Shown piece after piece: positions 23,140 to 34,299 of a stretch of DNA of 39,537 nucleotides. A program made the translations under genes and the position numbers. Origin of the DNA: Octopus bimaculoides (taxonomy: Eukaryota); contig NC_068995.1 of assembly GCF_001194135.2 (NCBI RefSeq), positions 44,737,731-44,777,267 of the forward strand, written 5' to 3'. Each line of letters opens with the position of its first letter. Within the stretch, counting starts at the first letter, position 1. Below the pieces are notes generated by a model. The model saw only the letters and a list, made by a program, of their open reading frames with translations, was not told where the DNA came from and searched no databases.

Positions 23140-23850
23140 ATGTGGCCTTGTCTCTCTTACCCTCTCTCTTGCTCTCTCACCCTCACTCTTTCTCTCTCAC
23201 CCTCACCCTCTCTCTCTCACCCTCACTCTTTCTCTCTCACCCTCACTTTTGCTCTCTCACCCTCACTCTTTCTCTCTCACCCTCACTCTTGTTCTCTTGC
23301 CTTTTCCTCTCTTTATTTCTCTCTTTCACACTTTCTCCCTTATTGTCTGTTTCTCTCTCTACTCTCTTCCCCTCTCTCTATCTCTCCCTTCTCTCTACCT
23401 CTCCCCCTCTGTCTATCTCTACCCCTCTCTCTCTACCTATCTGCCACTCCTTCCCTTCCCTTCTCTCCTACCCCTATCTTTCCCTCTCTCCCTCCCTCTC
23501 TCTGCCTATATGTCCCTCCTCTCTCCCTATTTTTCTGTCTGTCTGTCTCTCTCCTCTCTCTCTTTTTCACTTTCTCCCTTACTGTGTTTCTCTCTCTCCT
23601 CTCTCTCCCTATTTTCCCCTCTCCCTCTGTCTATCTGTCTCTCCTCTCCCCCTATTTTTCTGTCTGTTTGTCTCTCTCTCTCTCTCTTTCTGTCTGTCTG
23701 TCTCTCATCTCATTTTCACTCTTTCTCTCTCTCACTATCTCCTTACATATCTGCCTCTCCTCACTCCCCATCTTTCTCTCTGTCCCTTTCCTCTGCCTAT
23801 CTTCTTTCCCTTTTTTTCTTTCTCTCTCTCTCTACCTCTGCCCCCACCTC
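23140..23850. repeat. CT-rich low-complexity tract with internal minisatellites
   Basis: CTCTCACCCTCACTCTTT-type unit about 5 times (23170-23300) and CTCCCCTATTTTTCTGTCTGT-type repeats; + strand nearly all pyrimidine. Confidence 0.9.
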
Positions 23851-24018
23851 CCAGGTTAGAAATCCTGTCCTGTAAATTATTCTGCATACACAACACTTCA
23901 ACATCTTCCCTTGATATCATTGCTATACTCCTTCACCACCACCACCACCACCACCACTTTTCTTTTACACCAGCCGTTTAAACTATCAGTCTATTTTGAT
24001 ATCATCTGTCTTTCTATA

Positions 24019-24068
<50 letters not shown>

Positions 24069-24325
24069 ATAATGAGAGAGAGATGAATCTGTAGTGGGAG
24101 GAATGACAGAGAAGTGAAGAGCATGTGAGGAACATAATATAATATAATGGTAATGATGATGTCAGTGACGATAATGATGATGATGATGATGATGATGATA
24201 GAGCTAGGTATGGCTGTTGTAAGTGGTTTAGCATCAGTCAGACATTTATCAAGCTGTACTTTCCTTCTTATCTCTTTGCTAGTGATACACACACACACAT
24301 TAAAATATATGTGTGTATATATACA

Positions 24326-24377
<52 letters not shown>

Positions 24378-24404
24378 CACTCTATGTATCTAGTTGTGTA
24401 TATT

Positions 24405-24435
<31 letters not shown>

Positions 24436-25679
24436 GAGTTTTATATTACAAGGTTAGACCTGTTTCCTCGCTTCAGACTTTTTATCTCAGACAGATTCTG
24501 GAGTGAAGGGAAACAGGACCAGTCTTGTGTTGTTTAATTAATTTGTTAATTAATTAATTAATATAGGCCCCATTCCACTTCATGGATTTTCTCTTTTATT
24601 TGAAACTCTGGTTGTCCCTGATTTTTTGGAAATAGGAACATATGATGATGATGATGATGATGACGATGATGATTGTGTGTGTATGTACATATGTCTGTGT
24701 GTGTATATATGTGTATATATATGTGTATATATATATACACACACACAAGGCTATGTGTGTGTGCATATGTATATATATTCAGACATGTGTATATATATGT
24801 ATACATAAAAGGTGTGTGTGTGTGTATATATATGCATATGCATATGTATATATGCATATGCATATGTATATATGCATATATATGTGTGTGTGTGTGTATA
24901 TGTTTTTATACACACACATAAACACATAATGTGTGCTTACACCTTGTTTATGACTAAATAATTTTGTAGTGTTTTTCTGTGTTAGTGTGTGTGTGTTTAC
25001 TGTTTGTGTGTGTGTGCGTGAGTGTGTGTGTGTGTGTGTGTGTATGCTACATGTACTGTATATTTGGATATGGGTGTATGTAGACACTTATCCCATATAA
25101 TTATAATACTTGAATACTATCAGTTCAAATGTCTTTCCGATTCCGCCCCACTTCTTTTGCACACACAGTAGAGCCGTGTGTGTCTGTGTGTATGCCTCTC
25201 CACTACACACACACACACAGGCATGGACTGTAGCTGTATATTCTCCCCCCCCCTCTCTCACTCACTCATACAGCTAAAATGTCTGTGGGAGGAGGATGTG
25301 TCTCTCAGGCATGTATATACCGAGAGTGAAGAGCACACGCACACACACTCAGCTACACTCAGTGTGTGAGTGTGTAAGGCATCGTCCTCCCACCTCTATT
25401 CTGTATGGACCTGACACATGATTGTGTTACTGTGTTGGTTTGTCAGTGCAATGTAATACATACATTACAGTAGTGGTAGTAGTGGTGGTGATAGCAGAGG
25501 TGGTGGTGGTGACGGTGGGTCTGTATAACGGAGAGATTGCTGCTGTTGGTGTTAAATCTGGCCCCATGGATCTTTTCATTTCCTTCCTTTCTTCCTTCCT
25601 TCTCTTCTTTCCTTTCTTCCTTCCTATTTTTAATGTCTTCTGATTCTGCAGTTTCAGCATTTTCTTGTTTGATGATTGT

Positions 25680-26230
25680 AAATAGGTGGGTAGGTAGGTA
25701 GGTAGGTCGGTTGGTGTACATAGGTAAGTGGATTGATAGATCCATAGGTAGGTAGATAAATGAATATGTAGGTAGGTAGGTAGGTAGAGAGGTTGCTTGC
25801 TAACTAGATAGCTAGATACATTGGCTGGTAGTTAGCTAAATATGAAGGTAGGTAGATCAATAGGTAGATAGATGGATAGATAGAAAGGGAGATAGAGAAA
25901 TATATGGTAGAGAGAATAGATAATTAGGTAGACAGAAAGATTGATAGATAGATAGATGGACAGAGAGATAGATGGATACATGGGAAGATAGAATGATATG
26001 GATTTAGATAAATAGGTAGGTATATAACTGGATAGCTAGATAAACTGGTTTATAGGTAGATAGATAGAGATATGTTGGTAGGGAGATAAGTATATAGATA
26101 GATGAATAGAGAGGTATGTAGGTAGCTAACTAAATAAATAGGTAAATGGATGGGTAGATTGAAAGCTAGATAGATAGATGGATAAACAGAGATAAATAGG
26201 TATGTAGGTAGTTGGTATATGGATAGACAG
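25680..26230. repeat. Degenerate (GATA)n/(GGTA)n tetranucleotide tract
   Basis: Runs of TAGG and TAGA throughout. Confidence 0.85.
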
Positions 26231-26470
26231 TTCAAAGGCTGTTGATGTTAAATGATAAAAAGGTGTAGAATGAAGGGTTAGTTTACTCATTAATGAATAA
26301 ATGATTCAGTGATGTCATGGTTTGAATATAAAGGCATAAACACCACCACATCACACCTGCTACCAATGTCTTGGAAAGCACACACACTGGGCTGATAAGA
26401 GTGAGTGTGTGTATGTGAGCATATGTGTGTGTGTTGTGTATATGTATCTTCTTGTGTATATGTGTGTGTT

Positions 26471-26962
26471 GTGTATATGTATATATGCATATATATGTAG
26501 GATGCTGTGCATATGTATGAGTGTAATGTGTGTATGGTGGGTGGGATAGGTAGTAAAGTTTTATACAAGCAACATCTATATATCTCCATTGCTTCTGTGT
26601 TGTATACGTGACTGGCAGTGTGTGTACTACATATTTATGTGTGTGCAGATATGACTGTTAGATTATTTTTGTTGTACATGTATTGTGAGAGCATTTTCTG
26701 AAAGAGAAGAGNNNNNNNNNNGTGTATATGTATATATGCATATATATGTAGGATGCTGTGCATATGTATGAGTGTAATGTGTGTATGGTGGGTGGGATAG
26801 GTAGTAAAGTTTTATACAAGCAACATCTATATATCTCCATTGCTTCTGTGTTGTATACGTGACTGGCAGTGTGTGTACTACATATTTATGTGTGTGCAGA
26901 TATGACTGTTAGATTATTTTTGTTGTACATGTATTGTGAGAGCATTTTCTGAAAGAGAAGAG
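26471..26962. other. 241-bp direct duplication around a 10-N gap (probable assembly artefact)
   Basis: 26471-26711 appears identical to 26722-26962, each copy abutting the gap. Confidence 0.85.
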
Positions 26963-26973
26963 AGCATGTAGAA

Positions 26974-27004
<31 letters not shown>

Positions 27005-27600
27005 TAAGAGGGAAAGAGAGAAAGCTTATAGGTAATAGGGAGAGAAAAGGAGCAGAGATATGGAAAGAGTGTGTAGATAACAGAGAGAGAGAGAGAGAAT
27101 AGATAGATAGAAAGAGAGGTATATAGATAAGAGAGAAGGGGGTACTTAACTAGATGGAAAGAGAAAGAGAGAGAGAGAGAGAAGGATAGAAAAGAAGTGT
27201 GTAAGCAACAGAGGGTTTGCAAATGTGTGTGTGAGAGAGAGAGAGAGAGAGTTAAATTAGCTATTGTAATCAACATATACTGCTGTGTGTGTGATTATGG
27301 GAGTGCAGTTAGCTTTGTGTGTGTGTGTGTATGTGGATTAAAATCCATGTGTGAAAAGTGACTGTAACTCTGTCCCAGTGCTTTACAATTTCCCATCTCT
27401 CTTCTGTCTCTCTAGATTTCTCCTCTCAGCATCTGAAAATCTGTCATGTTTATTGGGAAGTTGTGGCTCTCATACCTTACCACTCTCTAAATAAATAAAT
27501 AATAATAAATGAAAATGGGAATGGATGTTATATTATCATATTGAAAGGGGGTGTATATTTTTTTAAAAAGTTTTCTACATGTTAATCCTGAAAGAGGTTT

Positions 27601-27640
27601 AATTCCATCTTTCTGTTTTCTCTTTTCTCATTTTTCACAG
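27601..27640 (+). promoter_or_regulatory. Strong 3' splice acceptor
   Basis: Long pyrimidine tract TTCCATCTTTCTGTTTTCTCTTTTCTCATTTTTCACAG|A, AG at 27639-27640, ~1.25 kb upstream of the main ATG. A possible donor AAC|GTGAGA lies at 27696. Confidence 0.6.
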
Positions 27641-27907
27641 ATCCTCACAAACGGAGACAAGAAGAGAAAGAGAGACTCAGGCTGCTGGATCTAACGTGAG
27701 AGAGAAAGACGGTGATAATATATACAGAGAAGAAACTCACACACCCACAAGATAGAGAGAGAGACTGAAAAATTCTTGTATTACAGTTTCACCGGTGGCC
27801 TGAACTAAGAAGGCCTTGTAAATATATATATAAATATATCATATTATATATTGTTATATATGTTATGTGGCTAGCCAAGGTTAAGTGAATTAACCAGTTA
27901 GTTAACC

Positions 27908-28021
27908 ATGGATCTTCTACAGCCTGCTTACTCAGTAATAGTAGCGAAAATAGTTGCGGCAACAGTACTTCTACTCTCTATACAGCTAGATCATTTCCGA
28001 CACCCTTCTCTCATTTTGTGA
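27908..28021 (+). other. Candidate upstream ORF, 37 aa
   Basis: AACCATGG strong Kozak context; MDLLQPAYSVIVAKIVAATVLLLSIQLDHFRHPSLIL*; lies in non-repetitive sequence; below the ORF-track cutoff. Confidence 0.3.
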
Positions 28022-28884
28022 ACGATCACCTACCAGCTTCCTTCATTGTTATGTGTGTCTATACATATATATGATATATATATAATATATATTATATATG
28101 TGTATGTCTATATTGTATATATATATTGTATATATTTAACCGCACGTATATCTATATATATTTATATATTATATATGTATATCTATTACACACACATACA
28201 CATGACAGTCAGAAGTATTTTTCACACAACCAAGGATTATTTAATATACTTTTTTACTCACGCCAACCAAAGGATTACCAAACAAACGGAGAAGAATCCG
28301 ACACTACGCCTAATCCGGATGTATACGACGAATATATATTTACTCACTTGATATAGAATAGATATATAGATATATACATATATATATAAATGCGTGTGTA
28401 TATATATACATGTTAGAGTGTATATGTATATATAGAGGTATGTGTGAATGTGTGTGATTGCGGTGTGTTGTAAAAGAAAAGTATTCTATCAGCCTTGTAT
28501 ATTGTGCGTGCGTGTGGTGTGAGTGTGTGAGTGAGTGAGTGTGTGCGTGTATGTGAGTGTGCGTGTGAGTGTGTATGTATGCATGTACGTATATATACAC
28601 ACACACGTGCAAAAGAAATACTATACATAGATATATATATATGTGTGTATATATATATGTCTGTATGCTTGTTAAATACATTTATCTGTGCGTGTGAGTG
28701 TGTGTGAATGTGCGAAGGGCAGTTTGCTGGTGTGGTTTGCCCAGTGCTGTAGTAAATAAATAAATCTATAAAAAATAAAATTAAATTTAAAAAAAAAAAA
28801 AAGGAATTTCAAAAGTCCTAAAGTGACTGCCCAGCCAGACATCGTTCAGGTAGAGAGTTTGTGCTGTAAAGGCCCTGGGCTAAA

Positions 28885-29985
28885 ATGAATAGCAATATTG
28901 AGCACCAAGCAACTGTAGATAAAGGGCTAAAGATGAAAATAAAGAGGAAAAACGTGAGTGGAGCAAATAACAAAGCTGAACCGAAACATGAAATTGTGAA
29001 ACCAGATTCTGGAAAGTGTGTAGCATCGACCCCTGGCGGCGGNNNNNNNNNNNNNNNNNNNNNNNNNNNNNNNNNNGGTGGTGGCAGTGGCAGTAGTGGT
29101 GGTGGTGGAGGAGGTGGTGCGACTTCGTCTGGCGGAGGCGGTGGTGCGACGGGAGGATCATCTTCCGTGGGTCCCGCGTCATCAGTTAGTGACGCTGGTG
29201 TGCCGGGCGGCTCCGGAGGGGCCGGCGGTGGTGGCAGCAATGCTGTTGCCGCTACTACTAGCGGAGCGGCATCGGGGCCGGTTTGTAGTGCCTCTTGTAG
29301 CAGCGTGGTGGTGGCCAGTAGCGGTGGAGGCACCAATGGTGTTCTGCTGCTCGCTGACAAGATGAAACCGTCTCCTAGTGGTGACAGCAGCAACAGCAAC
29401 AACAATAACAGTAACAGTAGTAAACAGGAGAAGTCACCCAAAATGAAAGGGTCCCACAAGAAGGAGAAGATGAAAGACAAGACCAAGTCCAGTGCTTTAG
29501 GCACATCATCTACATCATCATCATCATCATCGTCATCATCGACATCATCGTCATCATCATCATCAACTAGTTCTAGTTCAGCTACAACTAATTCCACATC
29601 CACAGCATCATCATCATCATCATTGTCATCAGCATCATCCATTTCTTGTCTACCGCCGCCACCACCACCACCACCTTCATCCTCGTCGTTGTCGTTGTCA
29701 TCTTCTTCGTCAACACCTTGTTCGTCGTCATCATCTACTTCCTGTCCTGCTCCGTCTTCCGGTGCTGACTGTTGCGTTTCCAATGGAAACAATAACCCGT
29801 CGTCATCAGCTGCTGTTATCAGCAATGGGTTGGATACATCTACCATTTATAATCCAGTGTTGGAACCACGAGGGGGAGATGTGCCCCATCTTAAAAAGGA
29901 AAATCCTACACCAGATCCGTATGAATTTAATGCCAAAGTTGAAGATGGATTTGGAATACCTATGAAGAAGATTAAAGTCGAAAAG
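28885..29985 (+). CDS. ZNF608: First coding exon of a probable ZNF608/ZNF609 (scribbler/brakeless) family nuclear protein
   Basis: 367 codons; in-frame upstream stop at 28867-28869; AAAATGA start; phase-0 donor AAG|GTAATT at 29986. Blocks HQATVDKGLKMKIKR...EPKHEIVK and PYEFNAKVEDGFGIPMKKIKVEK resemble the invertebrate scribbler/ZNF608 N-terminus as I recall it; they flank Gly/Ser/Asn/Pro homopolymers. The frame spans a 34-N gap. The diagnostic downstream domain and C2H2 finger are not in the window. Confidence 0.72.
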
Positions 29986-30413
29986 GTAATTTAGTTATCC
30001 ATTTACTAATTGTTCTTTAATATTATACTACAAACCCATACTTAAATATATATTATTTGAGTGGGGTGTTTGTGTGTGAGTGTGTTACTCAAGTGGCATC
30101 AGCTACTTGAATATAGTGGTTTTACTAGAAACAATGTTACATAGAGTTATACATGGTATTTCAAGTGCTCTTAGTAATATACTAACAGCCATTAGATAGC
30201 TAATTATGTTGTCAGATTTAAAATAGCATCTATTAATAGTGCGAGTGCTTTATTTTTTTTTAGTCTTTTGTTCCCTGTGATGTGTGTGTGTGTGTATAAT
30301 ATCTTCTTATACACTAATGTTAGCACATGCCTATGACAAAGAGAATAAGGCTCGAAAATGAAACACTGGAGACTTGTCATAAAAGCTTTTCTTTTTAGTT
30401 TTTGTTGTTATTG

Positions 30414-30444
<31 letters not shown>

Positions 30445-31020
30445 NNNNNNNNNNTATTATTATTATTATTATTATTATTATTATCATCATATGTTTCAAT
30501 ACAGATGTAGTAAAAGTGATCATGAACTTTTATTCTAGAGTCTTAAAACCATTTTCTGTTTCTTTTTTTTTTTTAAGTTTGTAAATATTTTCACTTCTTG
30601 TTATCATAAATACCTGTGTGTGTGTATGTGTGTGTGTGTCATTGGTTCCGAACTGCCATGTATACTGAGAAGTTCAAGAATCACTTTGTTGTTTCAAACA
30701 AGTGTTTTACCAAGTTAACTTGTTTCGGACATTATTTGCTGTATGGAGAGAGAATCAATTCCAGTTTAAATCTGACATCATCTTATATGTTAAATGCTCA
30801 GCAATTTGTGGCCTCAATTGATCATGCCATTCTGTTCCATCAGCCTTGATTTTTCTTTTTCTTTGACCATAATCTTGTCACCTCCACCTGAGGTCTTTTT
30901 TATGTTTCTTGCCTTTAATCTTTTGTTTGTCTTTAGTTTCATGTATTTTTGTTGTTATTCATATGTAATGGGTAACGACTGTATATATATATATATATAT
31001 ACACGTCACAAAAGCTGGGT

Positions 31021-31270
31021 ATGCATAGCATCAAATGCAGTGTACAAGAGAGGAGACTATGTTGCTTTGGTCATGCAATGCGTATGGATGAGGACTGCTG
31101 CATCAAAAGGTGCCAGTCTCTAATTGTGGAGGGGACGTGTGGAAGGAATAGACTCTGGGAGACGTGGGACGAAGTGGTGAGAAAAGGTCTTCAGATGTTG
31201 GGCCTCAAAAAGGAGGTGGCACATTCGTTGGTGCAGTTTTGTCGAACAAGGCAGCCTTGTGCTTGCATTT
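31021..31270 (+). mobile_element. RTE-clade LINE ORF 3' end fragment
   Basis: SIKCSVQERRLCCFGHAMRMDEDCCIKRCQSLIVEGTCGRNRLWETWDEVVRKGLQMLGL matches the RTE C-terminal pattern RRLRWYGHVxRM...RGRPRKTW. Confidence 0.85.
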
Positions 31271-31509
31271 CCCAGGTGTCATCCACAGTTCCTCCTTCAT
31301 CAATAGTTTGTTGTCCATCTCTTCTTTGTTGTCGGTTCATGATCCATGACCTGTCTATTGCTCATCTACAGTCTGTTCTCTATCCATAGGCCATCTGCCA
31401 GATATCCATCATCTGTCCCTTACTGAGGCAAGAGAGAGATATTCTGACAGATCTTACCCACAACCTTATATACAAAATGTGGTATTTATCTGTTGGAGCA
31501 ATGAGGATA

Positions 31510-31788
31510 CTCTAGTCATCCTGGAGTTGGGATTGGGGTTTAGCTTTGTGGGAGCATTGCTGACTTATCAGGCGAAGCCATACCCTGAGGCAGTGTGGAC
31601 AGGGAATAGTGCTGGTGGTTGGAGACTTGATGGTGCTGGTTTTTCTGTCTGGCCTGCATTGCTCAGTTGCAGCAACCCCATTTGTTTTACAGGTTTGCAT
31701 GTCCTTGTGGACAGCTGATCATCACCTGCCTCTCTTCTGAGCTATCTCCTCCCATGTGACATGGCTGATGCTGAAGGCCTTTAAGAGA
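31510..31788 (-). mobile_element. RTE (BovB-like) LINE ORF 3' end fragment
   Basis: KAFSISHVTWEEIAQKRGR**SAVHK...IPCPHCLRVWLRLISQQCSH matches the WExxAxDRxxW motif and the terminal CxxC...LxSH finger of BovB-type RTEs. Confidence 0.75.
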
Positions 31789-31797
31789 AGCTTTTAA

Positions 31798-31990
31798 CCC
31801 TTTAGCATTTAAACCAGCCATATCTGGCCAAAATAATCTACCCATTTTATCTTCAAACCAGCCAGATCTGGCCTTGCACACTTACCCTACAATATCACTC
31901 AGTCACATCATTGAAACCTCAAACCTACAAGGTAATACATGACTAATTCAAATCAACGCAAATAAACAGAGAAATCTGAAATCTAAAGAG
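31798..31990. mobile_element. piggyBac-like MITE, inverted relative to 11914-12136
   Basis: TTAA (31794-31797) CCCTTTAGCATTTAAACCAGCCATATC ... CTAAAGAG TTAA (31991-31994). Confidence 0.75.
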
Positions 31991-32029
31991 TTAAAGTGTC
32001 TTTGAAGTGCTTTTTCTGGCCTCCCAGGA

Positions 32030-32065
<36 letters not shown>

Positions 32066-32470
32066 TACTTACTACACCAGTCTTAGTAAACAAGAATTAT
32101 AATTCTTAATAAAATAAACCTGTCGCATCCACTCCCTCCTGCTACTTTTATTCAGACCACTTCTTCTGTGTTCTGTCATCCAATGTTAAATACAAAAATC
32201 AACCCAGTAGCAGCAAGTTGTTAAATTATTGGTCTACATACCAAGAGATCATTGGTTCACATTTCCTATGTTACTGTATTATATCGATCTGTCCTTGGTG
32301 ATCACCTGGTTGTAATCACCCGTAGTCCACCTGTGGTGATACAGACTACCTGGCCGTTTATACATGCCATGTGGTGGTATAATCCACCTTGATGTTGTAA
32401 GTACAGGCCAGCTTCATATACTTATTCTTTTATTTGTTTCAGTCAGTGGTCATGCTGGAGTACCACCTTG

Positions 32471-32507
<37 letters not shown>

Positions 32508-32767
32508 NNNNNNNNNNNNNNNNNNNNNNNNNNNNNNNNNNNNNNNNNNNNNNNNNNNNNNNNNNNNNNNNNNNNNNNNNNNNNNNNNNNNNNNNNNNNN
32601 NNNNNNNNNNNNNNNNNNNNNNNNNNNNNNNNNNNNNNNNNNNNNNNNNNNNNNNNNNNNNNNNNNNNNNNNNNNNNNNNNNNNNNNNNNNNNNNNNNNN
32701 NNNNNNNNNNNNNNNNNNNNNNNNNNNNNNNNNNNNNNNNNNNNNNNNNNNNNNNNNNNNNNNNNNN

Positions 32768-32807
<40 letters not shown>

Positions 32808-32863
32808 CACAGGGCAGCTTAAGTAAGTGTATATATAATGATATATATATATGTGTGTATATA

Positions 32864-32970
32864 GACAATGGTACCTTGGTTTACGAATTTAATTCATTCC
32901 TGAAGGCCATTTGCCACCTGAAATGTTTGTAAACCTAAACTATTTTTCCCATAGGAAATTTAAGAGAAGG
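32864..32970. mobile_element. Possible Tigger/pogo-like DNA transposon end
   Basis: GTACCTTGGTTTACGAATTTAATTCATTCC...TTTTCCCATAGGAAAT resembles Tigger-type termini as recalled; no partner TIR found. Confidence 0.4.
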
Positions 32971-33180
32971 CATGGTGAATTCAAGCAATGATGTGCACTG
33001 AACGAAAAGGTGGATAGCAATTGACACTCACTTGCTGATATTCCCAGCTCGTGGCCAATTGTTGTTGCTGGCCTGTGCACTCGTTACTCCGAAACACCAT
33101 CATCTGAGACATATATATTTATGTATATGTATACCATGTGATTGCACAGTCCATGTAGCTGTTCATAGATACCATGTGGT

Positions 33181-33235
33181 AGTATCTATCAAGATGGACA
33201 GTATGACTGTCATACAGTCCATCTTGATAGATACT
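33181..33235. repeat. Near-perfect 55-bp palindrome
   Basis: AGTATCTATCAAGATGGACAGTATGAC-T-GTCATACAGTCCATCTTGATAGATACT: 27-bp arms, one A-A mismatch, 1-nt spacer. Confidence 0.95.
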
Positions 33236-33424
33236 GTGGTGACCATAGTCCACCTAGATGTATGTAGGTATTATGTTTATGGAATCAAGTATTATGGTAA
33301 CAAAATTTTATTGTTGTTTTATTGTATTTGCATGTGCTCTAGTTTATGTACATGAATCTCTGTGTCTGTGTGCGTGATTGTGAAATGAATTGCTTTCCAG
33401 CTTTGACCACTATGTGGAGCTTCG

Positions 33425-33615
33425 ACTTCTAGTAGATCACTTGACTTGCTAGAAATAGCAGCAATGTCTCCCTCCCATCACATCTCACCATTATATATAG
33501 ACAAAACATATTGGATAATATAGTTCTATTTACCCCTTAACAAGGCAGGTTTGCTTATAGTTGGAATACCTTTAATTAAAGATTCATTTAAACAGGGTTG
33601 ACCTTGGTTTAAAAG
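33425..33615 (+). mobile_element. Interspersed repeat family E fragment (unclassified)
   Basis: Similar to 15108-15290. Confidence 0.45.
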
Positions 33616-34019
33616 CCTGCAGCTATGCACCCATATTTTGCCTTAATGTGGATTTCCATAATATTGAAACCTTCGGGTCATTGGCTTCCTTGTTACATGG
33701 CAAGATTTTCAGGAACACTACACTTGGATAACATGGAGGATGTCCATATTGCTACAACATCCATCTGACACTGCTAAACTTCAATGTATTCCGTGCATCC
33801 AGCAAAAATACCTGTTGGTTCTCCCTATCACAATCTGGTGCTGTCATTGACCTCTGGGTCATTCCTTTGACTACCTCACCATTCTTACCACCACCTACTT
33901 TCCAAGGTTTTCAGTTAATTCGTGCTTGAGGTAGTGTTATGGAGTTTGGTAAAATACCAAAGTACCACTTACAAACTGGAGTCAGTTTTGGTTGCAAATG
34001 TAAACCATTAATAATAATA

Positions 34020-34215
34020 ATAATAAATCTTTTTACTCCAGGCACCAGGCCTGAAGTTTTTTGCAGTTGATTACATTGCCCTCTCCCCCATGTCCCACTG
34101 ACCCCAAAAGGATGAAAGCAAAATCGACCTCAGCGGAATTTGAACTCAGAATGTAGAGATGGATGGAATGCCGCTAAGCATTTTGTCCAACTTGCTAATG
34201 ATTCTGTCGGTTAGC
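34020..34215 (-). mobile_element. SINE family D, inverted older copy
   Basis: GACCCCAAAAGGATGAAAGCAAAATCGACCTCAGCGGAATTTGAACTCAGAATG is the reverse complement of the 34300 copy. Confidence 0.85.
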
Positions 34216-34299
34216 TGTCTCAATAATAGTAATAATAATAATGTTTTCAAATTTTTGCACAAGGCTGTCAATTTTGGGCAAGGGAGCCAGTCGATTACA

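Noticed and set aside
23041-23981. Three overlapping 258-279 aa Ser/Leu/Pro ORFs
   Set aside because: A CT-only tract cannot encode stop codons, so all frames stay open.
26471-26962. Apparent 241-bp tandem duplication
   Set aside because: Apparently identical copies abut a 10-N gap, the typical unmerged contig overlap.
28818-29846. 342-aa antisense ORF (poly-Asp/Leu/Pro) overlapping the main exon
   Set aside because: Shadow frame of the (TCA)n/(GGT)n repeats; no recognisable motif, while the sense frame has conserved blocks, a good start and a donor.
33870-33935. let-7-like TGAGGTAGT (33927-33935) with its complement ACTACCTCA (33870-33878)
   Set aside because: Only 9 nt match let-7, and the stem is ~9 bp with a ~48-nt loop; not a pre-miRNA fold.
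33620-34000. Possible next exon of the ZNF608-like gene or a retrocopy
   Set aside because: Stops in all six frames examined and no scribbler/ZNF608 conserved-domain motif; no downstream exon is identifiable in the window.
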